A program made the position numbers and the translations under genes. From Coraliomargarita sp. (GTDB lineage Bacteria > Verrucomicrobiota > Verrucomicrobiia > Opitutales > Coraliomargaritaceae), in NCBI GenBank assembly GCA_965216325.1, contig OZ244160.1, forward strand, positions 1,408,001 to 1,472,000: 64,000 nt of DNA. The letters are read 5' to 3'. Below the pieces are notes generated by a model, which worked only from the letters and a program-made list of their open reading frames with translations, did no database searches and had not been told where the DNA came from. Numbering within the stretch: the first letter of the stretch is position 1; every line of letters begins with the position of its first letter. Positions 12,728 through 27,201 of this stretch are shown in pieces.

Positions 12728-13831
12728 TCACCAAATACCACGCTCGCCCTTCTTCAGGGAACGTGCCACGGCAACCAAAAGTTTGACGGTATTCTCAATG
12801 TCCTCGAGATCCACCATCTCACTCGGTGTGTGCATGTAACGCAGCGGAATTGAAATCAAACCAGTCGCAATGCCGGACTGGGCCACTTGAATCGCACGCG
12901 CATCGGTGCCCGTAGGACGTGGATCGGCTTCGAGCTGATACGGAATCTTGTTCGTCTCAGCCGCTTCGACAATCTTATCAAAAATGACCGGATTAATGTT
13001 CGGCCCACGGCACACAATCGGACCACCACCTTGCACAAACTTACCATACTTGCGCGGATCGCAATCCGGCGAATCCGTGGCATGGCCCACATCCACCGCA
13101 ATCGCGAAGTCGGGATTCTCTGAGAACGCCGCAGTCATCGCGCCACGCGTGCCGATTTCCTCCTGGGTTGTTGCAGCCGCAGTCACACGTGCAGCAAGCT
13201 TACCTTTGCTCAAACGGCGCACCGCTTCCAAAACCGCATAGGCGCCAGCCTTATCATCGAAGGCACGGGCCACGCCCACACTGCCACGGATCAGTTCAAA
13301 ACTTTGATCATACACTGCAGGGTCACCAATACGCACCAGCGCTTCGGCCTCTTCCTTCGACTTCACACCGAGATCGATCCAGATCTCGTGAGTGTCCGGC
13401 ACCTTCTTGCGGTCTTCCGGGCTCATCAAGTGGATCGCTCGTTTACCAGTGACCCCCTTCACTACACCGTTGTTAGTCAAAATGGAAACACGACGACCAG
13501 AGATCATGCTCTTATCATGGCCACCGAGCGTATCAAAATAGAGGAAGCCCTTGTCGTTGATGTAGGTAATGATCAAACCGAGCTCATCGATATGCCCCGC
13601 GAATAGGATGGATGGATCACCGTCCGGGTTCACTGTCGCAAAGCGGTTGCCCATCGTGTCCTTGCGATACTCGTCGACCACTGGCTCTACATGCTTATCC
13701 ACGACAGCTTGCGCCTCATACTCATGGCCGGTTGGCGAGCGCGCATCGAGCAAGTCGACGAGAAATTCCGGGGCTTGGTAGGCCTTGGCGACCTTGCGAG
13801 TAGCTTTCTTGGCAGTCTTCTTTTTAGGCAT
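12728..13831 (-). CDS. M42 family metallopeptidase
   Basis: GHIDE, AFDDKAG, QEEIG, GTDA, RYMHTPSE. Confidence 0.88.
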   Translation of the reverse strand: MPKKKTAKKATRKVAKAYQAPEFLVDLLDARSPTGHEYEAQAVVDKHVEPVVDEYRKDTMGNRFATVNPDGDPSILFAGHIDELGLIITYINDKGFLYFDTLGGHDKSMISGRRVSILTNNGVVKGVTGKRAIHLMSPEDRKKVPDTHEIWIDLGVKSKEEAEALVRIGDPAVYDQSFELIRGSVGVARAFDDKAGAYAVLEAVRRLSKGKLAARVTAAATTQEEIGTRGAMTAAFSENPDFAIAVDVGHATDSPDCDPRKYGKFVQGGGPIVCRGPNINPVIFDKIVEAAETNKIPYQLEADPRPTGTDARAIQVAQSGIATGLISIPLRYMHTPSEMVDLEDIENTVKLLVAVARSLKKGERGIW

Positions 13832-13893
13832 GACTAATGGCTTAGAGTAAAGCCCTACGAATTACACTCATTTTCACACGTAATTCTGGAGCC

Positions 13894-13974
13894 TGGAGGG
13901 CAATGCTCCGCCATTGCCACGAATCAAGCCCCAGTCAATCACTCCGAATGGCAACGGCCGAGCCTTGCCTTCCA
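13894..13974. repeat. TGGAG-type REP doublet (family A)
   Basis: TGGAGGGCAATGCTCCGCCATTGCC ... GGCAACGGCCGAGCCTTGCCTTCCA; four copies in window. Confidence 0.85.
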
Positions 13975-13977
13975 AGA

Positions 13978-14910
<933 letters not shown>

Positions 14911-14970
14911 TGGGCATACAGACGTTATGGTTATAGGTAGCGCAGCACCGTCCCCAGTGCGCACCGGGCA

Positions 14971-15894
<924 letters not shown>

Positions 15895-15933
15895 GCTGCT
15901 CCGGCCTCTGGCATCCGCTCTCTGTCCGTTGAA

Positions 15934-17085
<1,152 letters not shown>

Positions 17086-17112
17086 GCTAGGAATCGGTGT
17101 GTATAATAAAAA

Positions 17113-18780
17113 CTACTGGCCTTTCTTGGCCCAAGAGTCACGCAGCCCAACCGTGCGGTTGAAGACTGGCGCACCGGGTTCCGACAATTTACTGTCGGGA
17201 CAGAAATAGCCCATGCGTTCGAATTGACAGGTGGTGCCGATTGGTAGGTCAGCAAGACTTGGTTCGCAGAGAGCAGTCGTTTCAGTCAACGAATCCGGGT
17301 TTACGAATTCGGTAAAGTTTTTGTCCTTATCCGCCTCCGGCTTCTCAACAGAGAAGAGGCGGTCAAACAAACGCACCGGAGCCTTCAACGCATGATCAGC
17401 GCTCACCCAGTGAATCACCCCCTTCACTTTGCGGTCTTCCGGGTTTTTATTGAGTGTATCCAGATCCACACTACAGAGCAGCTTGGTGATAGTGCCATCT
17501 GCATCCTTGATGCACTCATCGCACTTGATGATATACGCGTAGCGCAGGCGCACCTCGCCGCCCTTCTTGAGACGGAAGAACTTGCGGTTAGCCTCCTCGC
17601 GGAAGTCTTCCTGCTCGATGAAGATGCGCTTGCCGAATGGAATCTTGCGGGTGCCGGCAGACTCGTCTTCCGGATTGTTCACGCCATCGACTTCGATCAC
17701 TTCATCCTCAGGCCAATTCGTCAGCTCGATCTCAAGCGGGTTGAGCACCGCCATACGGCGGTCGGCCACACGATTCAGTTCGTCGCGCACCGAGTGCTCC
17801 AACAGAGCAATATCACTGGTGGACGGCACCTTGGTGATCCCAACGGTCGCACAGAAATTACGGATTGCCGCAGCCGGATAACCACGACGACGCATACCGG
17901 AAAGCGTTGGCATACGCGGATCATCCCAGCCTTCAACAAAGTCGCCCTCAACGAGCTCGCGTAACTTGCGCTTACTGACCACGCAGTAAGTCATGTTCAG
18001 ACGGGCAAATTCAGTTTGCTTGGACGGGAAGATGTCGAGCTTCTCGATGAACCAATCGTAGAGCGGACGGTGGTCTTCGAATTCCAGCGAGCAAAGGGAA
18101 TGCGTGATGCCCTCCAGCGAGTCACTTTGGCCGTGCGTAAAGTCATAGCTCGGATAGATTGGCCATGCGTCCCCCACACGGTGGTGGTGCATACGCTTGA
18201 TCCGATACATCACCGGGTCGCGCATGTTCATGTTCGGGTGCGTCATGTCGATTTTGGCACGCAGCACCTTGGCGCCGTCATCAAACTCACCCGCGCGCAT
18301 GCGCTTGAACAGATCCAAGCTCTCCTCGACTGGACGGTCGCGATACGGGCTGTTCTTGCCCGGCTCCGTCAACGAGCCGCGGTATTCACGCATTTCCTCA
18401 AAACTCAGGTCGTCGACATAGGCATCGCCCGACTCAATCAACTGGCAGGCCCAGTCGAACAGCTGCTCGAAATAATCGCTGGCAAAGCAGATCTTCTCCC
18501 AGTCATAGCCCAGCCAGGAGATGTCCTCCTGAATCGCCTGCACGAATTCGTCGCTCTCCTTCTCAGGATTGGTGTCGTCGAAGCGCAGGTTGCACTTGCC
18601 GCCGAATTCTTTGGCGATCTCGAAATTCAGGCAGATCGCCTTCGCGTGACCAATCTGCAAATACCCGTTCGGCTCAGGCGGGAAGCGGGTATGCACACGC
18701 CCATCGTGCTTACCGGCAGCAACGTCGGCAGCCACCATCTGGCGGATAAAATCGGTCGGCGAATCTTTAGCGTCTGACAT
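17113..18780 (-). CDS. glnS: Glutamine--tRNA ligase
   Basis: [38 protein letters not shown]. Confidence 0.95.
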   Translation of the reverse strand: MSDAKDSPTDFIRQMVAADVAAGKHDGRVHTRFPPEPNGYLQIGHAKAICLNFEIAKEFGGKCNLRFDDTNPEKESDEFVQAIQEDISWLGYDWEKICFASDYFEQLFDWACQLIESGDAYVDDLSFEEMREYRGSLTEPGKNSPYRDRPVEESLDLFKRMRAGEFDDGAKVLRAKIDMTHPNMNMRDPVMYRIKRMHHHRVGDAWPIYPSYDFTHGQSDSLEGITHSLCSLEFEDHRPLYDWFIEKLDIFPSKQTEFARLNMTYCVVSKRKLRELVEGDFVEGWDDPRMPTLSGMRRRGYPAAAIRNFCATVGITKVPSTSDIALLEHSVRDELNRVADRRMAVLNPLEIELTNWPEDEVIEVDGVNNPEDESAGTRKIPFGKRIFIEQEDFREEANRKFFRLKKGGEVRLRYAYIIKCDECIKDADGTITKLLCSVDLDTLNKNPEDRKVKGVIHWVSADHALKAPVRLFDRLFSVEKPEADKDKNFTEFVNPDSLTETTALCEPSLADLPIGTTCQFERMGYFCPDSKLSEPGAPVFNRTVGLRDSWAKKGQ

Positions 18781-18880
18781 AAGCGGGACAGGAAAAGCCA
18801 GACTGCCCGCTTTCGCCAGTGAAAAATGAACACATCCAGCAGATGCGGGAGCTTTCCACCCGATGCCAAGAACGAAAATT

Positions 18881-18956
18881 CGTAGGGCCTCTGCTTGCAG
18901 AGCGCCCCAACCGGAGAAGCTCTACAAACTAAGGCATCGTGTAAACACGAGCCCTA
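18881..18956. repeat. CGTAGGGC-type REP doublet (family C)
   Basis: CGTAGGGCCTCTGCTTGCAGAGCGCC ... GGCATCGTGTAAACACGAGCCCTA; second copy at 34214-34276. Confidence 0.8.
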
Positions 18957-18982
18957 AAAAAAGCCCGCCATTGCAGGCGGGC
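18957..18982 (-). terminator. Intrinsic terminator after gltX
   Basis: GCCCGCC/GGCGGGC stem followed by a T tract on the minus strand. Confidence 0.75.
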
Positions 18983-19032
18983 CTGGGATCGCGAAACTCC
19001 AGTTCCGCCTGCCTTAAGCTCAGCTCTGATGA

Positions 19033-20403
19033 TTACCCGATAAATTTCTGGATGCGAGCGACCACACGCTCCTTGCCAAGCACCTCGAGCATCGGCAGCA
19101 GATCCGGACCACCGCTTTGGCCGCTCAATGCGTAGCGCAACGCGGGAAAATAAGCGAACACCTTGACCTCCTTCGCCTCAGCATGCGCCTCCAGCGCAGC
19201 CTTGATCGGATCTGCCGCAAACACTTCGATGCCCTCCAGCACCGGCAGAATTTCAGCGAGCAGCTCCTTCGGGTCCGCCTTCTTGGCGATTTTCGCACCG
19301 GTTTTCTCGTCCAACGGATACTCGTCTTTGAAGAAATAGCCGCACAGCTCACCGAGTGTATCCAGCGAACGAGCCTTCGGCTGGCAGAGCCCCAGAACCG
19401 CCTGCAGGTAGTCCTCATCCGCATCTTCCTCAATCACGCCCGCTTCGTTCAGCATTGGACGGGCAAGGAACGCAAAGCTCTCAAGGTTCAGCTCACGCAG
19501 ATATTCGGAATTCAGCGCAGACAGCTTCTTCTCGTCGAAACGCGCGTTGCCCTTGTTGATTCCCGGGAAGTCGAATAGCTCGATAATCTCATCGATGTCC
19601 ATCTTCTCGCTTTCGCGATCGTCCTTCGGATTCCAGCCGAGCAGCGAGATATAATTACGCACCGCAGCAGCAAGGAAGCCGCGTTGCGCATATTCCTCGA
19701 TCAGCGCACCCTTGTCGCGCTTACTCATTTTACCGGGACCGGACTCCTTAAGAATCAGCGGAATATGGGCAAACTTTGGCGGCTCAACACCGAAAGCCTT
19801 GAACAACTCGACGTGCTTGCTGGTATTCGAAAGGTGGTCCTCGCCGCGAATCACGTGCGTGATGCCCATCGCAATGTCATCGACAACATTGACCAGATGG
19901 AACACCGGATTGCCGTCCTTACGCACGATCACGAAGTCCAGCTCCTCGGCACGCTCGACACGACCACGGACTGCGTCGTCAATCACGACCGGCTCGGCCC
20001 GAACCTTCTCGACTTCAGCCTTCTTGAAATCGTCGTATTCCGTGTAGCGTTCCCCCTCGAGCTTGAACCAGATCGCGCCGTCCTTCTCGTAAGTGCGGCC
20101 CGCATCCTTCAACTTCTGCAGGTATTCGTCGTAGATCGGCTGACGCTCACTCTGGAAATACGGTCCGTAGTCGCCACCGACTTCCGGCCCCTCATCCCAG
20201 TCCATACCCATCCAGCGCATGCCATCGATCAACACGCGCAATGCCTCTTCGGTATTACGTTCCTTGTCGGTGTCCTCGATGCGCAGGATAAACTTACCGC
20301 CCGTATGACGCGCATACAACCAGTTAAACAGCGCCGTGCGGGCACTACCAATGTGAAAGAACCCAGTCGGGCTGGGCGCAAAACGAACACGAACTTCAGA
20401 CAT
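19033..20403 (-). CDS. gltX: Glutamate--tRNA ligase
   Basis: [30 protein letters not shown]. Confidence 0.95.
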   Translation of the reverse strand: MSEVRVRFAPSPTGFFHIGSARTALFNWLYARHTGGKFILRIEDTDKERNTEEALRVLIDGMRWMGMDWDEGPEVGGDYGPYFQSERQPIYDEYLQKLKDAGRTYEKDGAIWFKLEGERYTEYDDFKKAEVEKVRAEPVVIDDAVRGRVERAEELDFVIVRKDGNPVFHLVNVVDDIAMGITHVIRGEDHLSNTSKHVELFKAFGVEPPKFAHIPLILKESGPGKMSKRDKGALIEEYAQRGFLAAAVRNYISLLGWNPKDDRESEKMDIDEIIELFDFPGINKGNARFDEKKLSALNSEYLRELNLESFAFLARPMLNEAGVIEEDADEDYLQAVLGLCQPKARSLDTLGELCGYFFKDEYPLDEKTGAKIAKKADPKELLAEILPVLEGIEVFAADPIKAALEAHAEAKEVKVFAYFPALRYALSGQSGGPDLLPMLEVLGKERVVARIQKFIG

Positions 20404-20570
20404 AACTTAAAAAGGTTTAGCAGCCCCCGAGAGCGCAGGCCACAAAATGAAAGGAGGCACTCAAGCAACCCAGCGATTCGAGTCAACGCCGATCCATTGT
20501 ACACAACATTGACAATGACTGCATAAAAAGTGTCGACGCGGACCACAAACGGCCTATGCATCAACTTTTC

Positions 20571-21742
20571 TGGTAATTACCCCATAAGTTGAGCGCCGAG
20601 GGCCACATAAGTTGAGCCAAACCTGGTAATTAAGCATACTTTAAGGCGGTTATTGTTCGACTCAAAGAGTCCCTTTCACGTCGCTGCATTATGCAGGGCC
20701 TAATAAGTTGGCCCTAATTTAGGGCAGCATAAGTTGACCTACAGACCGGACGGGCTCGGACTAAAATCGGTGATCGAATAAGACAATCTGCGCTCATTTA
20801 GCGGGTAGTGCTCAATCTTAAAATGGTAGTCGTAAACCCCTTGCATGCACCGGACTTCAAAACCTCCCTCAATCGGACCACTTTTCGGGGGATAGCAACA
20901 TGGATTCACAGGCATACTTGCTAGTTGCAAAGATATGCCTATGAACCGATCCAGGTGGACGCGATCAATCACCGAGAATTGCTTAGGCTGTCGTTCACTA
21001 AACGAGGTTGACCAAACACTCCACGCCTTCCGCTCATCATGATCGAACACAGCAAAGCTGCTAGTTTTCAAATCGATGCATGTGATAAATAGCCACTGAA
21101 ACAACCTAAATGAGTGGTCGGAATTCAGTATCGATACGCTTCCTGCATCGTTGTCGGGATTAGGCGCAAGTAGCAGATATGGCTTCATCGAGGGTCCGAG
21201 TAGACTTTCCGAACTTTACCAACCACACAGCCAGATGAGTGAATATACTCATCATCCAGCTCATTGTCAGCCGTGCCGTCGCTCCTGCTAACCTGAGTCT
21301 ATGTCAGCTAATCTATGGCCCCTAAGGTCACCTGAACAGCATATTTGCCTGCAAGCCGCGGATTAAGATCGGCAAAAATATCAGCAAAAGCCGAAGCTAA
21401 GATGTCACATGAATCTAACTGTAAGTAATTTATGCATCAAAAAGGATCAGCAACAAGGTTGAGATTCCTTCAATCTTGGAGGCCTCATCAAAGTGAAATC
21501 AGCAAAATCCTTATAACTCAGTTTCTATCAAACTAGGCTTGCTGTTATGCAAATGAACCGCTTTTTATTCTCGTTCCTGTGCTTCGGTGCAGGAACTGCA
21601 TCATCTGGTGGAGATTACTGGCACCATAAGTTGGCAGCTTTAAGGCCTCATAACTTGGCGACAATTATAGGCACCATAAGTTGGCGATGGACCGGTGGCA
21701 CCATAAGTTGGCACTTTCGGTCAACTTATGGGGTAATTACCA
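20571..21742. mobile_element. Non-autonomous mini-transposon with Tn7-like ends (1172 bp)
   Basis: Perfect 22-bp terminal IR TGGTAATTACCCCATAAGTTGA (20571-20592 / 21721-21742); TTTTC direct repeat on both sides (20566-20570, 21743-21747); multiple internal CATAAGTTG sites; no transposase. Confidence 0.85.
20739..21188 (-). CDS. Hypothetical protein (cargo of mini-element)
   Basis: 149-aa ATG ORF whose stop abuts the last left-end repeat; no family recognised. Confidence 0.5.
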   Translation of the reverse strand: MKPYLLLAPNPDNDAGSVSILNSDHSFRLFQWLFITCIDLKTSSFAVFDHDERKAWSVWSTSFSERQPKQFSVIDRVHLDRFIGISLQLASMPVNPCCYPPKSGPIEGGFEVRCMQGVYDYHFKIEHYPLNERRLSYSITDFSPSPSGL

Positions 21743-21752
21743 TTTTCTGACC

Positions 21753-22050
<298 letters not shown>

Positions 22051-22323
22051 CCTTGCTCGCCCTAGCGAAACTTGACAATGGACAAGAGAGCACGCCGCAG
22101 TTGACAGAGCGAAGGAGAGCTAGCGTCTCGATTCGTTAAACCGGCTGCCCACCGCTCGCTCGTCTAAAGACTTCCGCTCTAAGCGACTGGGCACCTGTTG
22201 CCCAGAAGGCACAGATAGCAAATTGGCCCAAGAAGTCGGGAACTGATCCAGCAAGCCACAACAGAACCAACTCCCCCCGTTTCCGCTCGCTATCCGCACG
22301 ATAGCCGACAAGCTGTGACCTGA

Positions 22324-24744
22324 ATGGATCTACGCGACACCCTCTTGACTCTATTCCGCGCAAAGGACTACGTGCCGATGCGTCAGGAAGAAATCCTCGC
22401 CGTTTTACAACTGAACCCGGCACAGACGAAAAAAGCCCGAGCCTTGCTCAAGCGCATGCTTGAAAATGGCGAGATCGCGCGCCTCAAGAAGGACCGCCTC
22501 TGCATACCCAACGATGCCGATCTGGTCAGCGGCAAAATCATGTTCCGTCAAAGCGGCTCTGCCATCCTCATACCCGAGGCCGAAGCCGGCAAGAAGGGCG
22601 TCGAAGGCTACCCGATTTCAGCTGAGGACACCGCCACCGCTTTCCACGGCGATCAGGTGCTCGCCCGCATCCTGCGCCGCGGCCGCCCCTTCCAGCGTGG
22701 TCGTCGTGAACGCGGTCGCCGTCGCCCCGAACCGGAACCGGAGAGCAAGCCCAACGTCCGCGTCATCCGCATTCTAAAGCGCGCCCGCGAGAACGTCGTC
22801 GGCACGCTCAAGAAGGGCCGCCACACCTACTACGTCATCCCCGACGACCCGCGCATCATTCAGGACTTTTTAGTGCCCGACCCCGCGAACTCCGGCTTCA
22901 AGCCCACACCGAAGCCCGGAGATAAGGTGGTGGTCAAACTCATGGAGTGGAAGCAGCGCCACCTCAACCCCGAGGGCGAAATCATCGACGTGCTCGGTAA
23001 GACCCACGAGCCGGACGCAGAATTCAAAGGCATCCTCTACAAATACGAGCTCGACCCCGGCTTCCCCGCCGAAGTGGAAAAGCAACTCGAAGACATTCCT
23101 GAGAAAGTGCAGCCCGAAGATCGCGAAGGTCGCCAAGACTGCCGCGATATTTTTACTTTCACCATCGACCCGGACGACGCCAAGGACTTTGACGATGCCC
23201 TCTCCGTCGAAGAGCTGGACGACGATTGCGTGCGCATCGGCATCCACATCGCCGACGTGTCCGGCTACGTGAAGCCCGACACCCCGCTCGACAAAGAAGC
23301 CCAAAAGCGCGGCAACAGCACCTATCTGGTCGGCACCGTCATCCCAATGCTGCCGCACGCGCTCTCCAATGGCCTCTGTAGTCTGGTCGAAGCCGAAGAC
23401 CGACTGACCAAAAGTGTATTCATCACTTACGCGCCCGACGCCACGATTCAAAAGATCGACTACGCCCGCACCGTGATCCGCAGTAATAAGCGTCTCACCT
23501 ATGCACAGGCCTACGCCTTCATGACGAAGGATAACCTCGACGAAGTGCGCAAGACACCGCTCCCCCCCAAGCACCAGACTGGTTCCACCGGTCGCTCGCT
23601 CGACGAGGTCAACGACGAGGAGATGGAGACCTTGCAAAAGCACTGCCGCAAGCTGTGGGACATCGCCAGCCAGCTACGTAAAAAACGCTTCAAGGCCGGC
23701 TCACTCGATCTCGAAATGACCGAGATCAAAATCTACGTCGACGAAGACGGCTATGCCGACCGCTTGGAGAAACAAAGCCACGACGAGAGCCACCAGCTGG
23801 TGGAAGAATTCATGCTCTCCGCCAACGAGGCCGTCGCTCGTGTAATGAAGCGCAACCGCTTCCCTTCGATTTACCGGGTCCACGATGAACCCGAAGACGA
23901 AAAGCTCGAAGAGCTGCGCGAGACCATGCGCACCTATGGCGTCAAGTGTGGCAACCTGACCAAGACCCATGAGATGGGTGCGCTGCTCAAACGCCTCAAA
24001 GATCACCCGCAGGGCTACACGCTCCGTGTCCACGTGCTGCGCAGTCTCAAACAAGCGCAATACCGCGCCAGCCCCGACGGCCACTACGGCCTCGCCAAAC
24101 AAGACTACACTCACTTCACCTCACCAATTCGCCGCTACTCCGACTTGGTGGTGCACCGCGTGTTCGACGCCTACCTACACAAGATCAAGGCCGACTCTGC
24201 CCCTAACACACCGGACGTCAAATACACGCAGAACAAACTCGAAAGCCTCGGCGATCACCTCTGCGTGACCGAGCGCAACAGCGTCGATGCCGAACGCGAA
24301 TCCGTGAAGACCAAGCTACTGGAGTTCTACGAGCGCCAGCTGAGCAAGGACATCAAGCAGCCCTTCGAAGCCGTCATCACCGATATCAAGAACCACGGCC
24401 TCTACATCGAGATCACCGACTCGATGGCCTTCGGCATGGTGCACATCTCTACTCTGGAAGATGACATGTATTACGCCAACCGCGACGGCACCGAGATGGT
24501 CGGCAAGCGCACCAAAAATACGTATTCAGTTGGTCAATACATCAAAGTGCACGTCGAACGTGTCGACCGCTTCAAGCGCCAGATCGACTTCCGCATCGTC
24601 AGCGAGAACCAAGGTAAGTCCGCCAAAGGAACAGGCAAACCACAGCCCAAGACCGCCCAGTCTGCCAAACAGCTCGCTGCCCTCCGTAAACAGCGCCGCT
24701 CTCAACGCCTCAAAGGTGTGCGTGATCGCAAGAAGAAGCGGTAG
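22324..24744 (+). CDS. rnr: Ribonuclease R
   Basis: [33 protein letters not shown]1 domain, basic tail. Confidence 0.95.
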   Translation: MDLRDTLLTLFRAKDYVPMRQEEILAVLQLNPAQTKKARALLKRMLENGEIARLKKDRLCIPNDADLVSGKIMFRQSGSAILIPEAEAGKKGVEGYPISAEDTATAFHGDQVLARILRRGRPFQRGRRERGRRRPEPEPESKPNVRVIRILKRARENVVGTLKKGRHTYYVIPDDPRIIQDFLVPDPANSGFKPTPKPGDKVVVKLMEWKQRHLNPEGEIIDVLGKTHEPDAEFKGILYKYELDPGFPAEVEKQLEDIPEKVQPEDREGRQDCRDIFTFTIDPDDAKDFDDALSVEELDDDCVRIGIHIADVSGYVKPDTPLDKEAQKRGNSTYLVGTVIPMLPHALSNGLCSLVEAEDRLTKSVFITYAPDATIQKIDYARTVIRSNKRLTYAQAYAFMTKDNLDEVRKTPLPPKHQTGSTGRSLDEVNDEEMETLQKHCRKLWDIASQLRKKRFKAGSLDLEMTEIKIYVDEDGYADRLEKQSHDESHQLVEEFMLSANEAVARVMKRNRFPSIYRVHDEPEDEKLEELRETMRTYGVKCGNLTKTHEMGALLKRLKDHPQGYTLRVHVLRSLKQAQYRASPDGHYGLAKQDYTHFTSPIRRYSDLVVHRVFDAYLHKIKADSAPNTPDVKYTQNKLESLGDHLCVTERNSVDAERESVKTKLLEFYERQLSKDIKQPFEAVITDIKNHGLYIEITDSMAFGMVHISTLEDDMYYANRDGTEMVGKRTKNTYSVGQYIKVHVERVDRFKRQIDFRIVSENQGKSAKGTGKPQPKTAQSAKQLAALRKQRRSQRLKGVRDRKKKR

Positions 24745-24749
24745 AGGGC

Positions 24750-24832
24750 TGGAGGGCAATGCTCCGCCATTGCCACCACAGAGCAAAAGAAGCTTACAAC
24801 ACTGAACGGCAACGACGGAGCGTTGCCCTCCA
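24750..24832. repeat. TGGAG-type REP doublet (family A)
   Basis: TGGAGGGCAATGCTCCGCCATTGCC ... GGCAACGACGGAGCGTTGCCCTCCA. Confidence 0.88.
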
Positions 24833-24853
24833 ACAAACCTCTCACTCGTAGAA

Positions 24854-24939
24854 TTAACCGCCCGCTTCGCTAGAGAACACAGAGGGCACAGAGCTCCTAA
24901 AGATAGACTCTCTGCGCACTCCGCGATCTCTGCGGTTAA
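24854..24939. repeat. AACCGC..CACAGAG-type imperfect inverted repeat
   Basis: TTAACCGC..AACACAGAGGGCACAGAG ... CTCTGCGCACTCCGCGATCTCTGCGGTTAA. Confidence 0.55.
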
Positions 24940-24997
24940 CTTTAAAAGCCACTCTGCTTATCCATCAGGAATACATAACCAAAGCTTCCTGCCTTCC

Positions 24998-25972
24998 TTA
25001 CCGACTTACTTTATCACTGATCATCCCTGCAAACAGCAACTGCATAGGGTGATAGCAAATCATCGGGATCAGTAGTAGCGCGGCATCCAACGCACCATTC
25101 GTGGCCGCAAGAATCGACGTCGCCAGCGGCAAGCCCGTTGCCAGAGATTTCTGGCTCGCGCAGAAGAACGCAGCCACGCGTTGTGCATGTTGTAGTTTCA
25201 GCGGCAGACTGCCCCACCACACGAGGGCACTCACCACGAGCAACAGCACCAAGGTAATCACCAGCACCGATACGAGGCTCCCAAGCGAAAGCTGCTCCAT
25301 CAGTCCCGACTGCATACTATCCGCAAAGGCAGCGTGCACAATGAACAGGATAATGGCCTGACTCACCCACTTAGTTTTCGACGCCACCGCAGCGGCTTTA
25401 ATTGGCTCCATACGATGCACCATCTGCCCAACCACCAGTGGCACCAGAATCAACATCGCTAACTTCGCAAACAAGGGAACCAGCGGGATCTCCAGCTCAG
25501 TCGTCGACGTCAGGTAGGCCACACAAATCGCAGGCACCACCCAGATCGCCAGCACGTTGGAATAGACGGTCGAGAAGATCGCATTCGCAGCATTGCCCTT
25601 CGCCAGCGACGTAAAGGCAATCGCCGAAGCCACTGTAGTCGGCATGATCGCGAGCAGGCCAAAGCCCAAATGCAAGTCCTTCGAAAGCAGTCCTCCGAGC
25701 GGTAAAAGCAGTAGCCAGGCAAGCAAAGGAAACAGCACAAAATTCCAGCCCAACACAAAGACATGTAAGCGCTTCGGTTTATAGCCAGCGGTCAGTTCAT
25801 TGGTCGGCAGCGACAGGCCCTGCAGAAAGAAAATGGTCCAGACACCCAACTGCGTCGTAATCTCCGGCAGCAGAAAGCCGCCCGAAGCCGCAGGCGCCGG
25901 AAACAACAAAGCCACACCAACAGCCACCAACAGCCACAGGGTAAAGGCATTGCGTTTCAAAGCGTTCAGCAT
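24998..25972 (-). CDS. Bile acid:sodium symporter-like (SBF-like) transporter
   Basis: [34 protein letters not shown]; start placed at ATG 25972. Confidence 0.85.
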   Translation of the reverse strand: MLNALKRNAFTLWLLVAVGVALLFPAPAASGGFLLPEITTQLGVWTIFFLQGLSLPTNELTAGYKPKRLHVFVLGWNFVLFPLLAWLLLLPLGGLLSKDLHLGFGLLAIMPTTVASAIAFTSLAKGNAANAIFSTVYSNVLAIWVVPAICVAYLTSTTELEIPLVPLFAKLAMLILVPLVVGQMVHRMEPIKAAAVASKTKWVSQAIILFIVHAAFADSMQSGLMEQLSLGSLVSVLVITLVLLLVVSALVWWGSLPLKLQHAQRVAAFFCASQKSLATGLPLATSILAATNGALDAALLLIPMICYHPMQLLFAGMISDKVSR

Positions 25973-26104
25973 GGTTGAATCATGAACATCGCATAGAGAC
26001 TTTGAAAGCTTTCTATGCGTGTTGTTTGGAACCGTTAATTGCTCCGCCATCTCCGCAAAGCTTCGTTACGTGAATTAACGTTAATTGATGACTGTAACGC
26101 ATTC

Positions 26105-26223
26105 AGGTAGGGCAGTCTCGCTGAGACTGCCGTTCGCCCGAACACTCGGAACAAGAATCTCAATGTGGATACACAAACCAGCCCGCTTGCCGAACGGCTG
26201 CCTACGGCGAGGCAGCCCTACCT
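26105..26223. repeat. GGTAGG REP doublet (family D)
   Basis: AGGTAGGGCAGTCTCGCTGAGACTGCCG ... CGGCTGCCTACGGCGAGGCAGCCCTACCT. Confidence 0.8.
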
Positions 26224-26258
26224 CTAAAAATTCACTTTAATTAACGTAAATTAACGGT

Positions 26259-27092
26259 TCACATCTCAATCGCACGCAGCATCGGCTTCGCGGCCTCAAG
26301 CAATTCATCGTGCACCTTACCGTTGGTCACCACAGTGCCTTTGCTCTCGAAAATATCATAGGCCCCACCGGCCATATCCGTCACGCGGCCACCGGCTTCT
26401 TCAACAATCAGACTGCCACCAGCAGAATCCCAAGGCTTGAGGCCCATTTCGTAGTAGCCAGCAAAGCGACCATCCGCGACAAAGCAGAAGTCCAGAGCGG
26501 CAGCTCCAAAACGGCGCACGCCCCCAGCGGTGCGCAACATGTTGCCCAGAGCATCGCACAGAGGCTCCGCGCGTTTGGCGCGGTCATAGGGAAAGCCAGT
26601 CACGACCACACCTTCCCCCAGAGTAGCCTTGGTATTCACCGAAATCGGACGGCCATTGCAGCTGGCACCCTGCCCTTTCACCGCACGGTAGCGCAGGTTC
26701 AGCCCCGGACCACTGACAATCGCGCCGACTTGCTCAGCACCGTGCAGCAGGCCAATTGAAATCGCCCAAATGGGAAGACGGTTGGCGTAGTTAATCGTGC
26801 CGTCGATTGGGTCCAACACCCAGCGGAAGCCATCGGTGCGCGCGGCTTCGTCAGCATCCTGGGAGCCTTCTTCCGCGACAATGCCATCCTGCGGAAAGTG
26901 CTCGCGAATGAAACTGACCAGTCGTTGTTCACTGGCAACATCCGCCTGTGTCACCAAGTCAAAGTCATTAAGCTTGGTGTCGATCTGAAGTTCGCCTTGT
27001 TGCAGTTCGACCAAATGCTGCTCCAAGTCCGGCAGCATGGTCTCAATTTGATCGAGGCGTTCAGTGACTTGTTGGAGCAGTTCAGAATTCAT
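26259..27092 (-). CDS. suhB: Inositol monophosphatase family protein
   Basis: [33 protein letters not shown]; the longer predicted N-terminus is a translated REP. Confidence 0.85.
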   Translation of the reverse strand: MNSELLQQVTERLDQIETMLPDLEQHLVELQQGELQIDTKLNDFDLVTQADVASEQRLVSFIREHFPQDGIVAEEGSQDADEAARTDGFRWVLDPIDGTINYANRLPIWAISIGLLHGAEQVGAIVSGPGLNLRYRAVKGQGASCNGRPISVNTKATLGEGVVVTGFPYDRAKRAEPLCDALGNMLRTAGGVRRFGAAALDFCFVADGRFAGYYEMGLKPWDSAGGSLIVEEAGGRVTDMAGGAYDIFESKGTVVTNGKVHDELLEAAKPMLRAIEM

Positions 27093-27100
27093 AAGTAAAG

Positions 27101-27181
27101 TGGAGGGCAATGCTCCGTCATTGCCACCGCAGAGCAAAAGGCTTACAACGCCGAACGGCAACGACGGAGCGTTGCCCTCCA
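27101..27181. repeat. TGGAG-type REP doublet (family A)
   Basis: Arms and spacer nearly identical to 24750-24832. Confidence 0.88.
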
Positions 27182-27201
27182 TTTTGGTAAGGCATCATCA
27201 C

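Noticed and set aside
21254..21570. tRNA-targeting homing spacer or repeat array inside the mini-element
   Set aside because: Only short gapped similarity to the tRNA, three irregularly spaced ATCAGCAA words and one 10-bp match to the left flank; all compatible with chance.
21620..21712. Possible mini CRISPR array (16-bp repeats)
   Set aside because: Gaps are only 8-11 bp, the same motif forms the terminal inverted repeats, and no cas genes are present; better explained as transposase-binding sites.
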